Shown piece after piece: positions 9,877-18,183 of a DNA stretch of 64,000 bases. The stretch's first letter is position 1. Each line of letters starts with the position of its first letter. The stretch comes from Thermodesulfobacteriota bacterium. GTDB taxonomy: Bacteria > Desulfobacterota > Desulfobacteria > Desulfobacterales > C00003060. The stretch covers positions 129,906 to 193,905 of the forward strand of contig JAXHVD010000005.1 of assembly GCA_034189385.1 (NCBI GenBank). Reading direction: 5' to 3'. The notes under the pieces were generated by a model. That model did no database searches. It worked only from the letters and a program-made list of their open reading frames with translations, and was not told the origin of the DNA. The position numbers were made by a program, and so were the translations under genes.

Positions 9877-10119
9877 CCTGGTCCTTTGGGCCAGGTCAGG
9901 GTAAACTGGCTTTGCCAAATATCGTTAATAGTGCCTAAAGTTTTAAGTGCACTAAAGTGCGCTAAAGTTAAGGAATTGTGCCAATTATATAAAAGAATGG
10001 AGCGAAGCGACTTCCATCACTTTAGGCACTTTAGCTCACTTCAGGCACTTTGAACTTGTCCAGTATTCAGAAAACAGCCCCTTTCAGGGGCAAATCAACG
10101 CCTGGTCCTTCGGGCCAGG
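9877..10119. repeat. Palindromic MITE-like insertion bounded by direct hairpin repeats CCTGGTCCTTYGGGCCAGG
   Basis: Repeats at 9877-9895 and 10101-10119; internal arms AGTGCCTAAAGT...(9930-9968) and ACTTTAGGCACT...(10019-10049) are inverted tandem repeats. Confidence 0.75.
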
Positions 10120-10158
10120 ATTCTTTACTTCAAATGGTTGTCAGGAAAGGAAAACTTG

Positions 10159-10563
10159 GTGAAAGGTTTTCTCGTTGACTCAAATGTCATTCTAGACATT
10201 TTCCTTGATGATCCCCATTGGGCTGATTGGTCTGAATCGACATTGGCAGACTATGCCGATAAGGGACCGCTCTATATGAACGCCATGGTCTACACCGAAG
10301 TCTCTGTTGGTTTTGAAAAGATAGAGGAACTGGAGGTAGCTCTGCAAAAGGGTGGATTCCAGATGCTGGAAATCCCCAAAGAAGCCCTATTTCTGGCCGG
10401 CAAAGCCTATCTCAAGTATAGAGGGGGCAGTGGGGTAAAGAGATCTCCATTGCCCGATTTCTACATTGGAGCCCAAGCCGCTGTGCTCGATCTGGACCTC
10501 ATCACACGAGATGTGACGAGATATGGGACCTATTTTCCAACAGTTCGACTGATCTGCCCCTAG
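10159..10563 (+). CDS. vapC: PIN-domain VapC toxin
   Basis: FLVDSNVILD, YTEVS, PLPDFYIGAQA, LITRD and YFPTV; own RBS (AGGAAAGG). Confidence 0.9.
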   Translation: MKGFLVDSNVILDIFLDDPHWADWSESTLADYADKGPLYMNAMVYTEVSVGFEKIEELEVALQKGGFQMLEIPKEALFLAGKAYLKYRGGSGVKRSPLPDFYIGAQAAVLDLDLITRDVTRYGTYFPTVRLICP

Positions 10564-10608
10564 GGGCCTGATGGTTTCGTTTTCAAAAACCCTGTTTTGC
10601 CGGAGGTC

Positions 10609-10746
10609 CTATCTCTCACCCCGGTAAGAGTTCCGCCTTACGGGGCAGGCAGAGGCCACGGAGCCTCAGAGTTGTTGACCCGATCTCCTGCGGGAAAACC
10701 GCTCAACCTGCTTGTGCGCGGTCATCCGTCGTCTGTTGTCTGTCAT
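10609..10746 (+). repeat. Dispersed ~110 bp repeat, copy A, carrying a 31 bp hairpin insertion at 10620-10650
   Basis: CTATCTCTCAC...CACGGAGCCTCAGAG...GCGGTCATCCG...GTCTGTCA is shared with 16167-16272. Confidence 0.75.
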
Positions 10747-10847
10747 CTGAGACCGCTGATAGCTCTAGCGACCCTGAGCAGACTCGAAGGGGAGCGGGCG
10801 AGAGAACCTGAGCCCTCAAATGTGAACTTGGCCCAGAAGAAGCCGAG

Positions 10848-12047
10848 ATGAACCAACGCAATTGGCAAAAAGCCATCTTGCATCTGGATATCGATGCCTT
10901 CTATCCCGCTGTGGAGGTGCTGGATCATCCGGATCTGAAGGGCAAGCCCGTCATCGTGGGGGGCACGAGGGAAAGGGGGGTGGTGTCATCGGCCTCCTAT
11001 GAGGCGCGCACCTTTGGGGTCCACTCGGCCCAGCCCATGGCCACGGCCATGACTCTTTGTCCCAAGGGGGTATTCCTGCCGGTGAGGATGGCCAGGTACA
11101 AAGAGGTCTCCAGCCAGGTCTTTGAGATCTTTCATCGCTTCACGCCATTGGTGGAACCCATCTCCATTGATGAGGCCTTTTTGGATGTTACTGGCTCTGC
11201 GCGCCTTTTCGGTCAGCCACAAGAGATTGCCGCAACCATTAAGCGGATGGTCCGCGAGGAAACAGGGTTGACCATTTCAGCTGGCCTTGCGCCGTCAAAA
11301 TTCGTGGCCAAGATCGCCTCAGACCTGGAGAAACCGGACGGTTTGACCATCGTATTGCCAGAGCAAGTACAAGCCTTTCTGGACCCTCTTCCCATCGACA
11401 AGATGTGGGGCGTGGGAAAACAGACCCGGAAAAGACTCCACGGCCTGGGCATTCGGACGATCGGGGATCTGGGCCGCTTTTCGGCCAAAGGTCTGGAAAA
11501 AAAGTTGGGAAAGCACGGGATCAAGATGCATCAGTTGGCCCTGGGGATAGACGAAAGAGACGTTTGCCCCTTCAGTGAGATAAAGTCTATCGGACACGAA
11601 GAGACCTTTTCCCAGGACATCACACAGGAAGAAGCCGCCCGAAAGGAGATCCTTTTCCTTTCCCAAAAGGTGGCCCGCCGGATGCGTCGAAAGGGCGTTT
11701 CAGGCAGAACCATCACCTTGAAGGTCAAATACAGCGATTTTGTGCAGGTGACCCGGTCTGCCACGTTGCCTGCCTTTACCTGTGACGGGCACGCGATATT
11801 TGCTACAGCCTGTAGGCTGATGGCAAAGACCGATGTTGGGAGAAAACCGGTCCGGCTTTTAGGCGTCTCCGTGTCGCAACTGAGTCATGCCTCGGCATCA
11901 ACAGAACAGCTCTCTCTTTTTCAGGAAGATGAGGCGTCATCCAAGAGAAAGAACCTGAACACGGCCCTTGATTCCGTGTCCGAAAAGTTCGGCGAGGACG
12001 CCCTTCGGCCCGCCACCCTTCTCACCGAAGACGGGAGTCGTTCATAG
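10848..12047 (+). CDS. dinB: DNA polymerase IV
   Basis: ILHLDIDAFYPAVE, SASYEARTFGV, SIDEAFLDV, AKIASDLEKPDG and VRLLGVSVS. Confidence 0.96.
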   Translation: MNQRNWQKAILHLDIDAFYPAVEVLDHPDLKGKPVIVGGTRERGVVSSASYEARTFGVHSAQPMATAMTLCPKGVFLPVRMARYKEVSSQVFEIFHRFTPLVEPISIDEAFLDVTGSARLFGQPQEIAATIKRMVREETGLTISAGLAPSKFVAKIASDLEKPDGLTIVLPEQVQAFLDPLPIDKMWGVGKQTRKRLHGLGIRTIGDLGRFSAKGLEKKLGKHGIKMHQLALGIDERDVCPFSEIKSIGHEETFSQDITQEEAARKEILFLSQKVARRMRRKGVSGRTITLKVKYSDFVQVTRSATLPAFTCDGHAIFATACRLMAKTDVGRKPVRLLGVSVSQLSHASASTEQLSLFQEDEASSKRKNLNTALDSVSEKFGEDALRPATLLTEDGSRS

Positions 12048-12124
12048 CCAGGATACCCCGTGGCGCAGGAATAGCAGATGAGTTGTGTAATAGACAAAGA
12101 AACGGTGAAACGGAGAGGCGGTGA

Positions 12125-12370
12125 ATGGGAGAACGAATAAACAGCTACAAGGAACTTCGGGTTTTCCAGAATGCTATGGACGCTGCCATGAAGATCTTCG
12201 AGGTGACGAAAGGCTTCCCTGCCGAGGAAAGATTCTCCATGGTCGATCAAATGCGGCGTTCTTCTCGTTCGGTTTGTGCCAACATCGGAGAAGCCTGGCG
12301 AAAAAGGCGGTATAAGGCTGCGTTCATTGCCAAATTGAGCGACGCGGAAAGCGAGGCCTGTGAGACACAA
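12125..12370 (+). pseudogene. Four-helix-bundle (23S rRNA intervening-sequence-protein family) gene, C-terminally truncated
   Basis: SYKELRVFQ...FPAEERFSMVDQMRRSSRSVCANIGEAWRKRRY...EACETQ, then similarity is lost; preceded by 8-mer tandem repeats GAAACGGT GAAACGGA GAGGCGGT. Confidence 0.8.
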
Positions 12371-12445
12371 GCGTTTCTCCGCTCCCTGATCTTCAGTCCG
12401 CAGGCCTGTGGCAGAAGAAAGGGAGGAGGGAAAGAATCGGAAGGC

Positions 12446-12504
12446 TTGACTGAACCATCTCAATCGTATATAAAAAGTATATGATCGTATATAATAAGTA
12501 CATG
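12446..12504 (+). promoter_or_regulatory. sigma70 promoter with a 21 bp tandem direct repeat operator
   Basis: TTGACT-N17-TATAAA; ATCGTATATAAAAAGTATATG (12463-12483) and ATCGTATATAATAAGTACATG (12484-12504). Confidence 0.7.
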
Positions 12505-12514
12505 GGGGGCTGTT

Positions 12515-13093
12515 TTGGTCAATATTAGAGCGCTCATACCCTCAAAGACCCGCCTTGAGCTGTTAAAGCTTTTGGCGCTGAACCCGGGGAATACTTTTCA
12601 CGTCAACGAACTGAGCAGACGAACAGGGTTTTCTCTAAGGGGGGTGGCAAAGGAGCTGGAGAACCTTCTCTCGGGCGGCATCCTGAGTAGGGAGGTGACA
12701 GGCAATCAACACCGTTACCAGCTTGATCCTGATTGTCCTATTCACAATGAGATCAAGGGGCTTGTTTTAAAGACCGTGGGGCTTTGCGATCTGGTGAAGC
12801 GCGTCTTGGGGCCGGTGGAAAAAGATATTGAGCTGGCTTTGATCTTCGGTTCCTTTGCTTCAGGAGATTATGACAATACCAGTGACGTGGACCTCTTTGT
12901 GGTGAGCGACCTTTCTGGTGTCAAACTCTCTGAGCTACTGGGTCCGGTGCAGAATGAGATCGGCCGGGCCATAAATGTGTCTCAGTTCCGTCGGTCTGAG
13001 TATAGGCGAAGGAAAACACAAAAGGATCATTTCTTAACCCGGGTCCTTGAAGGCCCCACAATCACTGTCTTTGGTCACCTAGATGATGCTTGA
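12515..13093 (+). CDS. HTH + minimal nucleotidyltransferase (MNT) antitoxin
   Basis: N-terminal wHTH (SKTRLELL...HVNELSRRTG); FGSFASG...SDVDLFVV NTase motif. Confidence 0.88.
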   Translation: MVNIRALIPSKTRLELLKLLALNPGNTFHVNELSRRTGFSLRGVAKELENLLSGGILSREVTGNQHRYQLDPDCPIHNEIKGLVLKTVGLCDLVKRVLGPVEKDIELALIFGSFASGDYDNTSDVDLFVVSDLSGVKLSELLGPVQNEIGRAINVSQFRRSEYRRRKTQKDHFLTRVLEGPTITVFGHLDDA

Positions 13094-13535
13094 GCTCTGG
13101 AAACAGAATGGCTGGCTGCGTGAGTATGAAACCAGCCGCGGCGAGGTCGCGAGCATCCTGGGTTTGGTCAGCCGCGATCTCACCGATGCTGTTCAAGGGG
13201 AGATCTAAACAGACTGACGATTTAACATAGCATACAATGCCGGCCTACAGCTTGCTACCCTGGTGCTTTATGCCAGCGGGTATCGGGCCGGCAGAGGGGA
13301 GAGTAAACACTACCGCGTCATTCAGGCACTCCCATTGGTGATGGGAGAACGCTTTTCGTCCATTGCTGCCTATCTGGATAACTGCCGGAGAAAGAGGAAT
13401 GTAAGTGAATATGACGCAGCGGGAACAGTTTCGCAAAAGGAGGTAGAGGATTTACAGCAGACGGCTCAGCACCTCAAGAGGGAAGTGGAGACATGGCTAA
13501 AGGAAAATCATCCCGAGCTCTGCGGACAGGGTTGA
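13083..13535 (+). pseudogene. HEPN-domain toxin partner with two in-frame stops (TAA 13206, TGA 13215)
   Basis: MMLELWKQNGWL...DAVQGEI*TD*RFNIAYNAGLQLATLVLYASGYR...HYRVIQAL...RRKRNVSEYD; frame is continuous through both stops. Confidence 0.8.
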
Positions 13536-13729
13536 CCCGATTCTTCCTTCTCAAGGAATTGGGTCAAGGAAAGAGGCTCTGTGGCAGAAGGGATAGAGGG
13601 AGAGGGCGACAGATTGCCTGATGATTTGATGTTTCGGATTACTTGGGACGAATGGGAGGAGATTCGACGTTTAAGATCGCAAAATGCGACATTATAGGGC
13701 GAACAGCACCAGATGTCATTTTCCGTGAA

Positions 13730-14035
13730 ATCGGCAACCTGTTCATCGTTTCTTTCAACCGGCCTTCCCTTTTGGAGCAGGCTGATGAAGGGGAGGCAGC
13801 TACCCAAGAAACTACCCAAGAAAAAATCATTACCAGCCTGCGTGCTGAACCCATTTTAACGCGGAAGCTTCTTGCACGACGGTTGGGTATATCTGAAGAT
13901 GGAGTCAAATATCACCTGAACAAGCTGAAGGCGGCGGGTAGAATCCGGCACGTTGGGCCCACAAAAGCCGGGCGGTGGGAGGTGATCGAGGACCATCTTG
14001 ATGTATCCGGCGGCGGAGTTGGGGATGATGAATGA
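13730..14035 (+). pseudogene. C-terminal wHTH fragment of a Fic/Schlafen-ATPase-type protein
   Basis: TQETTQE repeat, then LTRKLLARRLGISEDGVKYHLNKLKAAGRIRHVGPTKAGRWEV; no N-terminal domains. Confidence 0.6.
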
Positions 14036-14071
14036 TTGGCGTCGAGGGAAGTAGGGTGGGCTCAGCCCGCC

Positions 14072-14185
14072 AATGGTTTTGTGTTTGAGTTCACCAAGAA
14101 AGAGTTCGAAGACTTGAGATGCCATTTTGGCACCTCAAGTTGGGGAGGCACAAGATATATGCCTCTGGCATTTACAGAAGAGGGG
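14072..14185 (+). pseudogene. ORF6N-domain gene fragment
   Basis: FVFEFTKKEFEDLRCHFGTSSWGGTRYMPLAFTEEG resembles the ORF6N core (FxFQLT..E...LR.Q..TS..GG.R..P..FTE.G). Confidence 0.7.
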
Positions 14186-14190
14186 GGCCC

Positions 14191-14233
14191 CAGGGCTTGG
14201 GCCAAAGTAAATGTGGAAAAGTAAAGGATGTCC
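14191..14233 (+). repeat. Breakpoint-associated motif, copy 1 (…GGCCAAAGTWAATGTGGAAAAGTAAAGGRTGTCC)
   Basis: 40/43 identical to 19450-19492; core also at 27386-27407. Confidence 0.85.
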
Positions 14234-14321
14234 CGCTTCTAGTCCGGGGAGTCGAAAGGACTCTGGTGAAAGGTTGACGGCAAACCTGGGGCTACTGAGA
14301 ATACTGACCGGCTGTCCTGTA

Positions 14322-15548
14322 TCACGACAGAATCAAGCTGATGGGAAGTGCCCACAGCCTTGGGCCGAGATTCACCGCGTCCTCGCCGTTGTGACAGAGA
14401 ATACCCGCTTTGCAGTGGGGCGTTGCTGCCAGAAAGGCCTTCAGGCCCGCAAGGTCTTTTTCCTGCCACCTGGCCGACGATTTGAGTTCCAAGGCGATGC
14501 AGGATCGGCCTACCTCGATCACGAAGTCGACTTCGTGGCGGCCCTGGACAGCCCAAAAATGCAGGACGGCCCTTTGCCAGCTGGCAGCGAGAATGGAGAG
14601 AAGATTCTGGGCCACATAGGTTTCAAACATTGCGCCGTAGAGCGGATCGCTCCGGATTGACGATGACACTTCCAGGCCCGCCAGATAGCCTGCCAGACCG
14701 GCATCGCTAAGATAGAGTTTCGGCGACTTGATGAGACGGCTCGATCTGTTGCCGAGATAAGGCGCCGTTCTGGTGATAAGGAATGACGCCTCAAACAGGG
14801 AGAGATAGCGGGATGTGGTCGCCGCGCTCAGCTTGGCATCACGGCCAAGTTGGCTCGGTGACAGAAGCTGCCCCGAACGCAGTGCGGTGAGGCGAAGCAA
14901 GGTCCGAAGGGCCGTTAGATCCTGTACCCGACTTAGTTCCCGAACATCCCTTTCAAGATAGGTCTGCTCGTAACCCCGAAACCATATGAGCGGATCCTTA
15001 ACCTGCCTGAGGCAGACTGCGGGCATGCTGCCCCTTGCAACATCCTCCGGACGGATGGGATGTTCGGCGTCTCTGGGGCCGATCTCCTGATCCTGAAAGA
15101 ACCTCTTTATGAAAGGCTCCACCGTTGTTTGTCGACGCACTTCACGTCGGTTGAAGGGATGGAGCGCCATGTAGACCGATCTGCCCGCCAAGCTTTCGGT
15201 AATGGCCTTTAAGACTGAAAAGTTGGCGGAACCGGAAAGCAGAAACTGGCCCGGAATCCTCTCTTTATCCACACTGCGCTTGATGGCGCCGAATATCTCC
15301 GGGCACTTGTGGGCTTCGTCTATGGTCAGGGGCAGACCGCGGCGGACAAAGCCGTCGGGGTCCGCTTTCGCTGCTTCAAGCTGGGCGAAATCGTCAAAGC
15401 TGACATAGCTTCGCTGGCCGAGATCGCCTTCGGAACAGAGAAAGGTGGTTTTACCGGTTTGTCGCATCCCGGTGAGAACCACCACAGGCATATTTTCAAG
15501 GCCGACAAGGAGAGCGTCGGTGATATCTCTCGGATGATAGTCTGTCAT
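14322..15548 (-). CDS. AAA+ ATPase with DUF4143 and a C-terminal nuclease-like domain
   Basis: GMRQTGKTT Walker A, IDEAH, LLSGSA, ESLAGR, KSPKLYLSDAG and HEVDFVIE...LELK. Confidence 0.9.
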   Translation of the reverse strand: MTDYHPRDITDALLVGLENMPVVVLTGMRQTGKTTFLCSEGDLGQRSYVSFDDFAQLEAAKADPDGFVRRGLPLTIDEAHKCPEIFGAIKRSVDKERIPGQFLLSGSANFSVLKAITESLAGRSVYMALHPFNRREVRRQTTVEPFIKRFFQDQEIGPRDAEHPIRPEDVARGSMPAVCLRQVKDPLIWFRGYEQTYLERDVRELSRVQDLTALRTLLRLTALRSGQLLSPSQLGRDAKLSAATTSRYLSLFEASFLITRTAPYLGNRSSRLIKSPKLYLSDAGLAGYLAGLEVSSSIRSDPLYGAMFETYVAQNLLSILAASWQRAVLHFWAVQGRHEVDFVIEVGRSCIALELKSSARWQEKDLAGLKAFLAATPHCKAGILCHNGEDAVNLGPRLWALPISLILS

Positions 15549-15556
15549 GATGCGCC

Positions 15557-15585
15557 ATCTTATAGTGTCATAATGCCATTGTCAA
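15557..15585 (-). promoter_or_regulatory. sigma70 promoter of the DUF4143 gene (near-leaderless)
   Basis: Minus strand TTGACA-N17-TAAGAT, 8 nt from the ATG. Confidence 0.65.
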
Positions 15586-15996
15586 ATGAAATATTTTGAC
15601 AGTGCCAGCCGAATGTCTGTGGGGAGGGCGAGGGCGGGTCGGACCAAGACAACTACTTGAAATGTTGAACGAAGGATATGAAAGCTGGTTTGTTCTTGGG
15701 GTGTGAATGCCATTTTTGCCAAGGAAATGATCCTTCCGAGAAAAACTCTGCCACTGAGTTGGTGTGCAGTAAGACCTTACGAGGACATTTTGGTGCATGA
15801 GGATGACGGTCTAATCACTGAAAATGCCCACTTTATATGTTATAAGTTCTTGAATATCAAACGATCAGCTCGGTGCGACCCGGGGCCGATGAGCTTATGT
15901 GCGTCCAGGAGATCTTCCCAAGTCGACGTCGAATGGCTTCTGCTGAATCCAACAATATTTCTTGACATTTCAACCTGATATCGCTATTCTCGCCCA

Positions 15997-16111
15997 GGCT
16001 TGAAGTTCTTATCTATAGGTCCCTTATTGTTGTGGGAGCATTCAGTGCAAATGGGAACACGGCCGGTACTGGTTGGGCTCCATTTCTCTGTAAAGAGAGG
16101 TGGAGCTTTTT
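15997..16111 (+). ncRNA. Candidate small RNA
   Basis: TTGACA-N17-TATTCT at 15962-15990, then ~115 nt with no credible ORF ending in a terminator. Confidence 0.35.
16077..16111 (+). terminator. Rho-independent terminator
   Basis: GCTCCATTTCTC-TGTAAA-GAGAGGTGGAGC followed by TTTTT. Confidence 0.75.
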
Positions 16112-16166
16112 CGTTTCAGGGACCTGTGGGATGTTCGACCCTGGAGAGTTTCGGCAGGGCCAAACA

Positions 16167-16272
16167 CTATCTCTCACAGAGTACACGGAGCCTCAGAGCC
16201 CTTGAGCCGATTTCCCGGGGGAAATCCGCTCGCCTTGCTGTGAGCGGTCATCCGGGATCCATCGTCTGTCAC
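16167..16272 (+). repeat. Dispersed ~110 bp repeat, copy B (no insertion)
   Basis: CTATCTCTCACAGAGTACACGGAGCCTCAGAG..., homologous to 10609-10746. Confidence 0.75.
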
Positions 16273-16318
16273 CGGACATCTGTGAATGTGTTTGCGGCAA
16301 AGGGCTTAGAGGAAGATT

Positions 16319-16580
16319 ATGACCGGGAATCTTTCAGCCACCTTCAACGAGGCGAACTATGTTCAACTGCTAAATCAGGTCAAGTCCCGCATCCGCCAGG
16401 CTCGTGTTCGTGCAGGTTTGGCCGCCAACAAGGAGTTGATTGCTCTTTACTGGGCTGTTGGGAAGTTGATTGTCAAGCGTCAGCGGTCGAAAGGATGGGG
16501 ATCTGCCGTCATTGAGCGGCCTTCCCGGGATATCCGGAAGGAGTTCCCAGACATTCAGGGCTTCTCACCGCGCAACATCT
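16319..16580 (+). pseudogene. DUF1016 (YhcG) N-terminal fragment
   Basis: LLNQVKSRIRQARVRAGLAANKELIALYWAVGKLI...GWGSAVIER.SRDIRKEFPDIQGFSPRN, then similarity stops. Confidence 0.85.
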
Positions 16581-16771
16581 GCCGCAGCCTGCGGCAGATC
16601 TTGATGGTGAATATCTGCCCGAGGGGCACGATACTAATCGTGGCGACAGGTTGCCGCCATGATAGTCTGCGTATGTCGGCGTGCGTCTGTGGCGAAAAAT
16701 AGAGGAAGCAAGAACTCGAAACCCGTGAACCCTTAACTCGAAACCAGTAATCTATCCAACGGAGACCAAGA

Positions 16772-17164
16772 ATGAAGAAGAGAGCGCTCTTAGTCTTTTT
16801 GCTGTTAGCGATGAATGCTGCTGGGGCATGGGGAGAGCAAGACAGCAGACCGCCAAGGGTGGTGAGCACCTTTCCTCAAAATGGAAGTATGGATGTTGAT
16901 CCTTCTTTGCAGGAGATATCCGTCACCTTTAATGAAGAAATGCAAGATGGCAATTGGTCATGGGTTTATGAAGATAAGGATACGTTTCCTCAAATAGTGG
17001 GCCAAGCGTTCTATGCCGAGGATATGAAGACCAATGTGCTTCCGGTAAAGCTGGAGCCCAATAAGGAGTATGTCATTTGGATCAATTCTGAGAAGTTTAC
17101 CAACTTTAAAGACAAGAGCGGCAACTCGGCCTTTCCATTCAAATTCACGTTTAAGACGAAATAG
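16772..17164 (+). CDS. Secreted Ig-like (Big_5/SbsA-type) domain protein
   Basis: Signal peptide; PPRVVSTFPQNGSMDVDP...ISVTFNEEM...LEPNKEY...FKDKSGN...FTFKT. Confidence 0.8.
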   Translation: MKKRALLVFLLLAMNAAGAWGEQDSRPPRVVSTFPQNGSMDVDPSLQEISVTFNEEMQDGNWSWVYEDKDTFPQIVGQAFYAEDMKTNVLPVKLEPNKEYVIWINSEKFTNFKDKSGNSAFPFKFTFKTK

Positions 17165-17346
17165 CATCTGATTATTCGCTGGAGCCAAAAGGGAAAGGGA
17201 ATCCGTCAACTCCTTCAAATCATGGCAGAAAGTAATAAGAGTTAACCGTAGACTCCAAAGGCGATAATATAGTCCGTTTGAACGAAATGCCCATCTAGAA
17301 CTGGACGTCTGACAATCGGCTGAAGGGCCGTTTGGGATACCTAGCC

Positions 17347-18183
17347 ATGAAGCTGGATGAAATCGGGGTTTGGTCTGAAATCAAATTGGACATTATAAGA
17401 GAGTATGCAGATGCTTTCACGAAGATAATGAGAAAGCAGGATTGGTGTAGAGGATATGCCTACGTCGATGGGTTTGCCGGCGCCGGCATCCATATCTCCA
17501 GAAGAACCGGTCAGTTCATTCCTGGGTCTCCCCTGAACGCCCTTGAACTTGAGAATCCTTTCACGGAATATCACTTCATCGATATCGATAAGGTGAAGGC
17601 AGAAGCCCTCGAGATTCTCAGCCGGGAAAAACCGAACATAAAGATTTATCCAGAAGACTGCAACTCTGCATTGTCCAAAGAAATCTTTCCATCTCTCCGG
17701 TATGAAACCAGAAAGAGGGCCTTATGCATCTTGGACCCATATGGTTTACATCTGAATTGGGAAACCATTATGGATGCAGCTAAGCTGCGGACGACGGAGA
17801 TCTTCTTGAACTTTCCCGTTATGGACATGAATCGGAATGTCTTGCACAAGGATTTGCTGTCGGCGGACCCTGACCAAATAGAGCGGATGAACCGGTTCTG
17901 TGGGAGCGAAGAATGGCAGGACATGCTATATGAAGAAGACAAGCAGCTGGGTCTCTTCGGGGATACGTATCGAATCAAGGTTGTTGACAGTAATATTAAG
18001 CTTGGGCTTTGGTTCAGCAGAGAAAGGCTACAGAAGGCAGCAGGATTCAAATTTGTTCCTGAGCCCGTGCTCATGAGAAACAGTAAGGGCGGCCCTCTAT
18101 TCTTCTTGTTCTTTGCCTCACACAACGAAACAGGCAAAAACATCGTGACTGACATCTTTAACAAATACAGGAAATACTTGTGA
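17347..18183 (+). CDS. tcmP: Three-Cys-motif partner protein TcmP (SAM-dependent methyltransferase-like fold)
   Basis: IGVWSEIKLDIIREY, YVDGFAGAG, GSPLNAL, CILDPYG, EIFLNF and FFLFFASHN..G. Confidence 0.85.
   Translation: MKLDEIGVWSEIKLDIIREYADAFTKIMRKQDWCRGYAYVDGFAGAGIHISRRTGQFIPGSPLNALELENPFTEYHFIDIDKVKAEALEILSREKPNIKIYPEDCNSALSKEIFPSLRYETRKRALCILDPYGLHLNWETIMDAAKLRTTEIFLNFPVMDMNRNVLHKDLLSADPDQIERMNRFCGSEEWQDMLYEEDKQLGLFGDTYRIKVVDSNIKLGLWFSRERLQKAAGFKFVPEPVLMRNSKGGPLFFLFFASHNETGKNIVTDIFNKYRKYL

Noticed and set aside
13206..13217. Selenocysteine or alternative-code readthrough in the HEPN gene
   Set aside because: A TAA precedes the TGA, and TGA is used as a normal stop throughout the window.
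14211..14660. ORF family starting MWKSKGC (14211, 19470, 27387)
   Set aside because: The shared peptide is just the translation of the DNA repeat; downstream sequences are unrelated.
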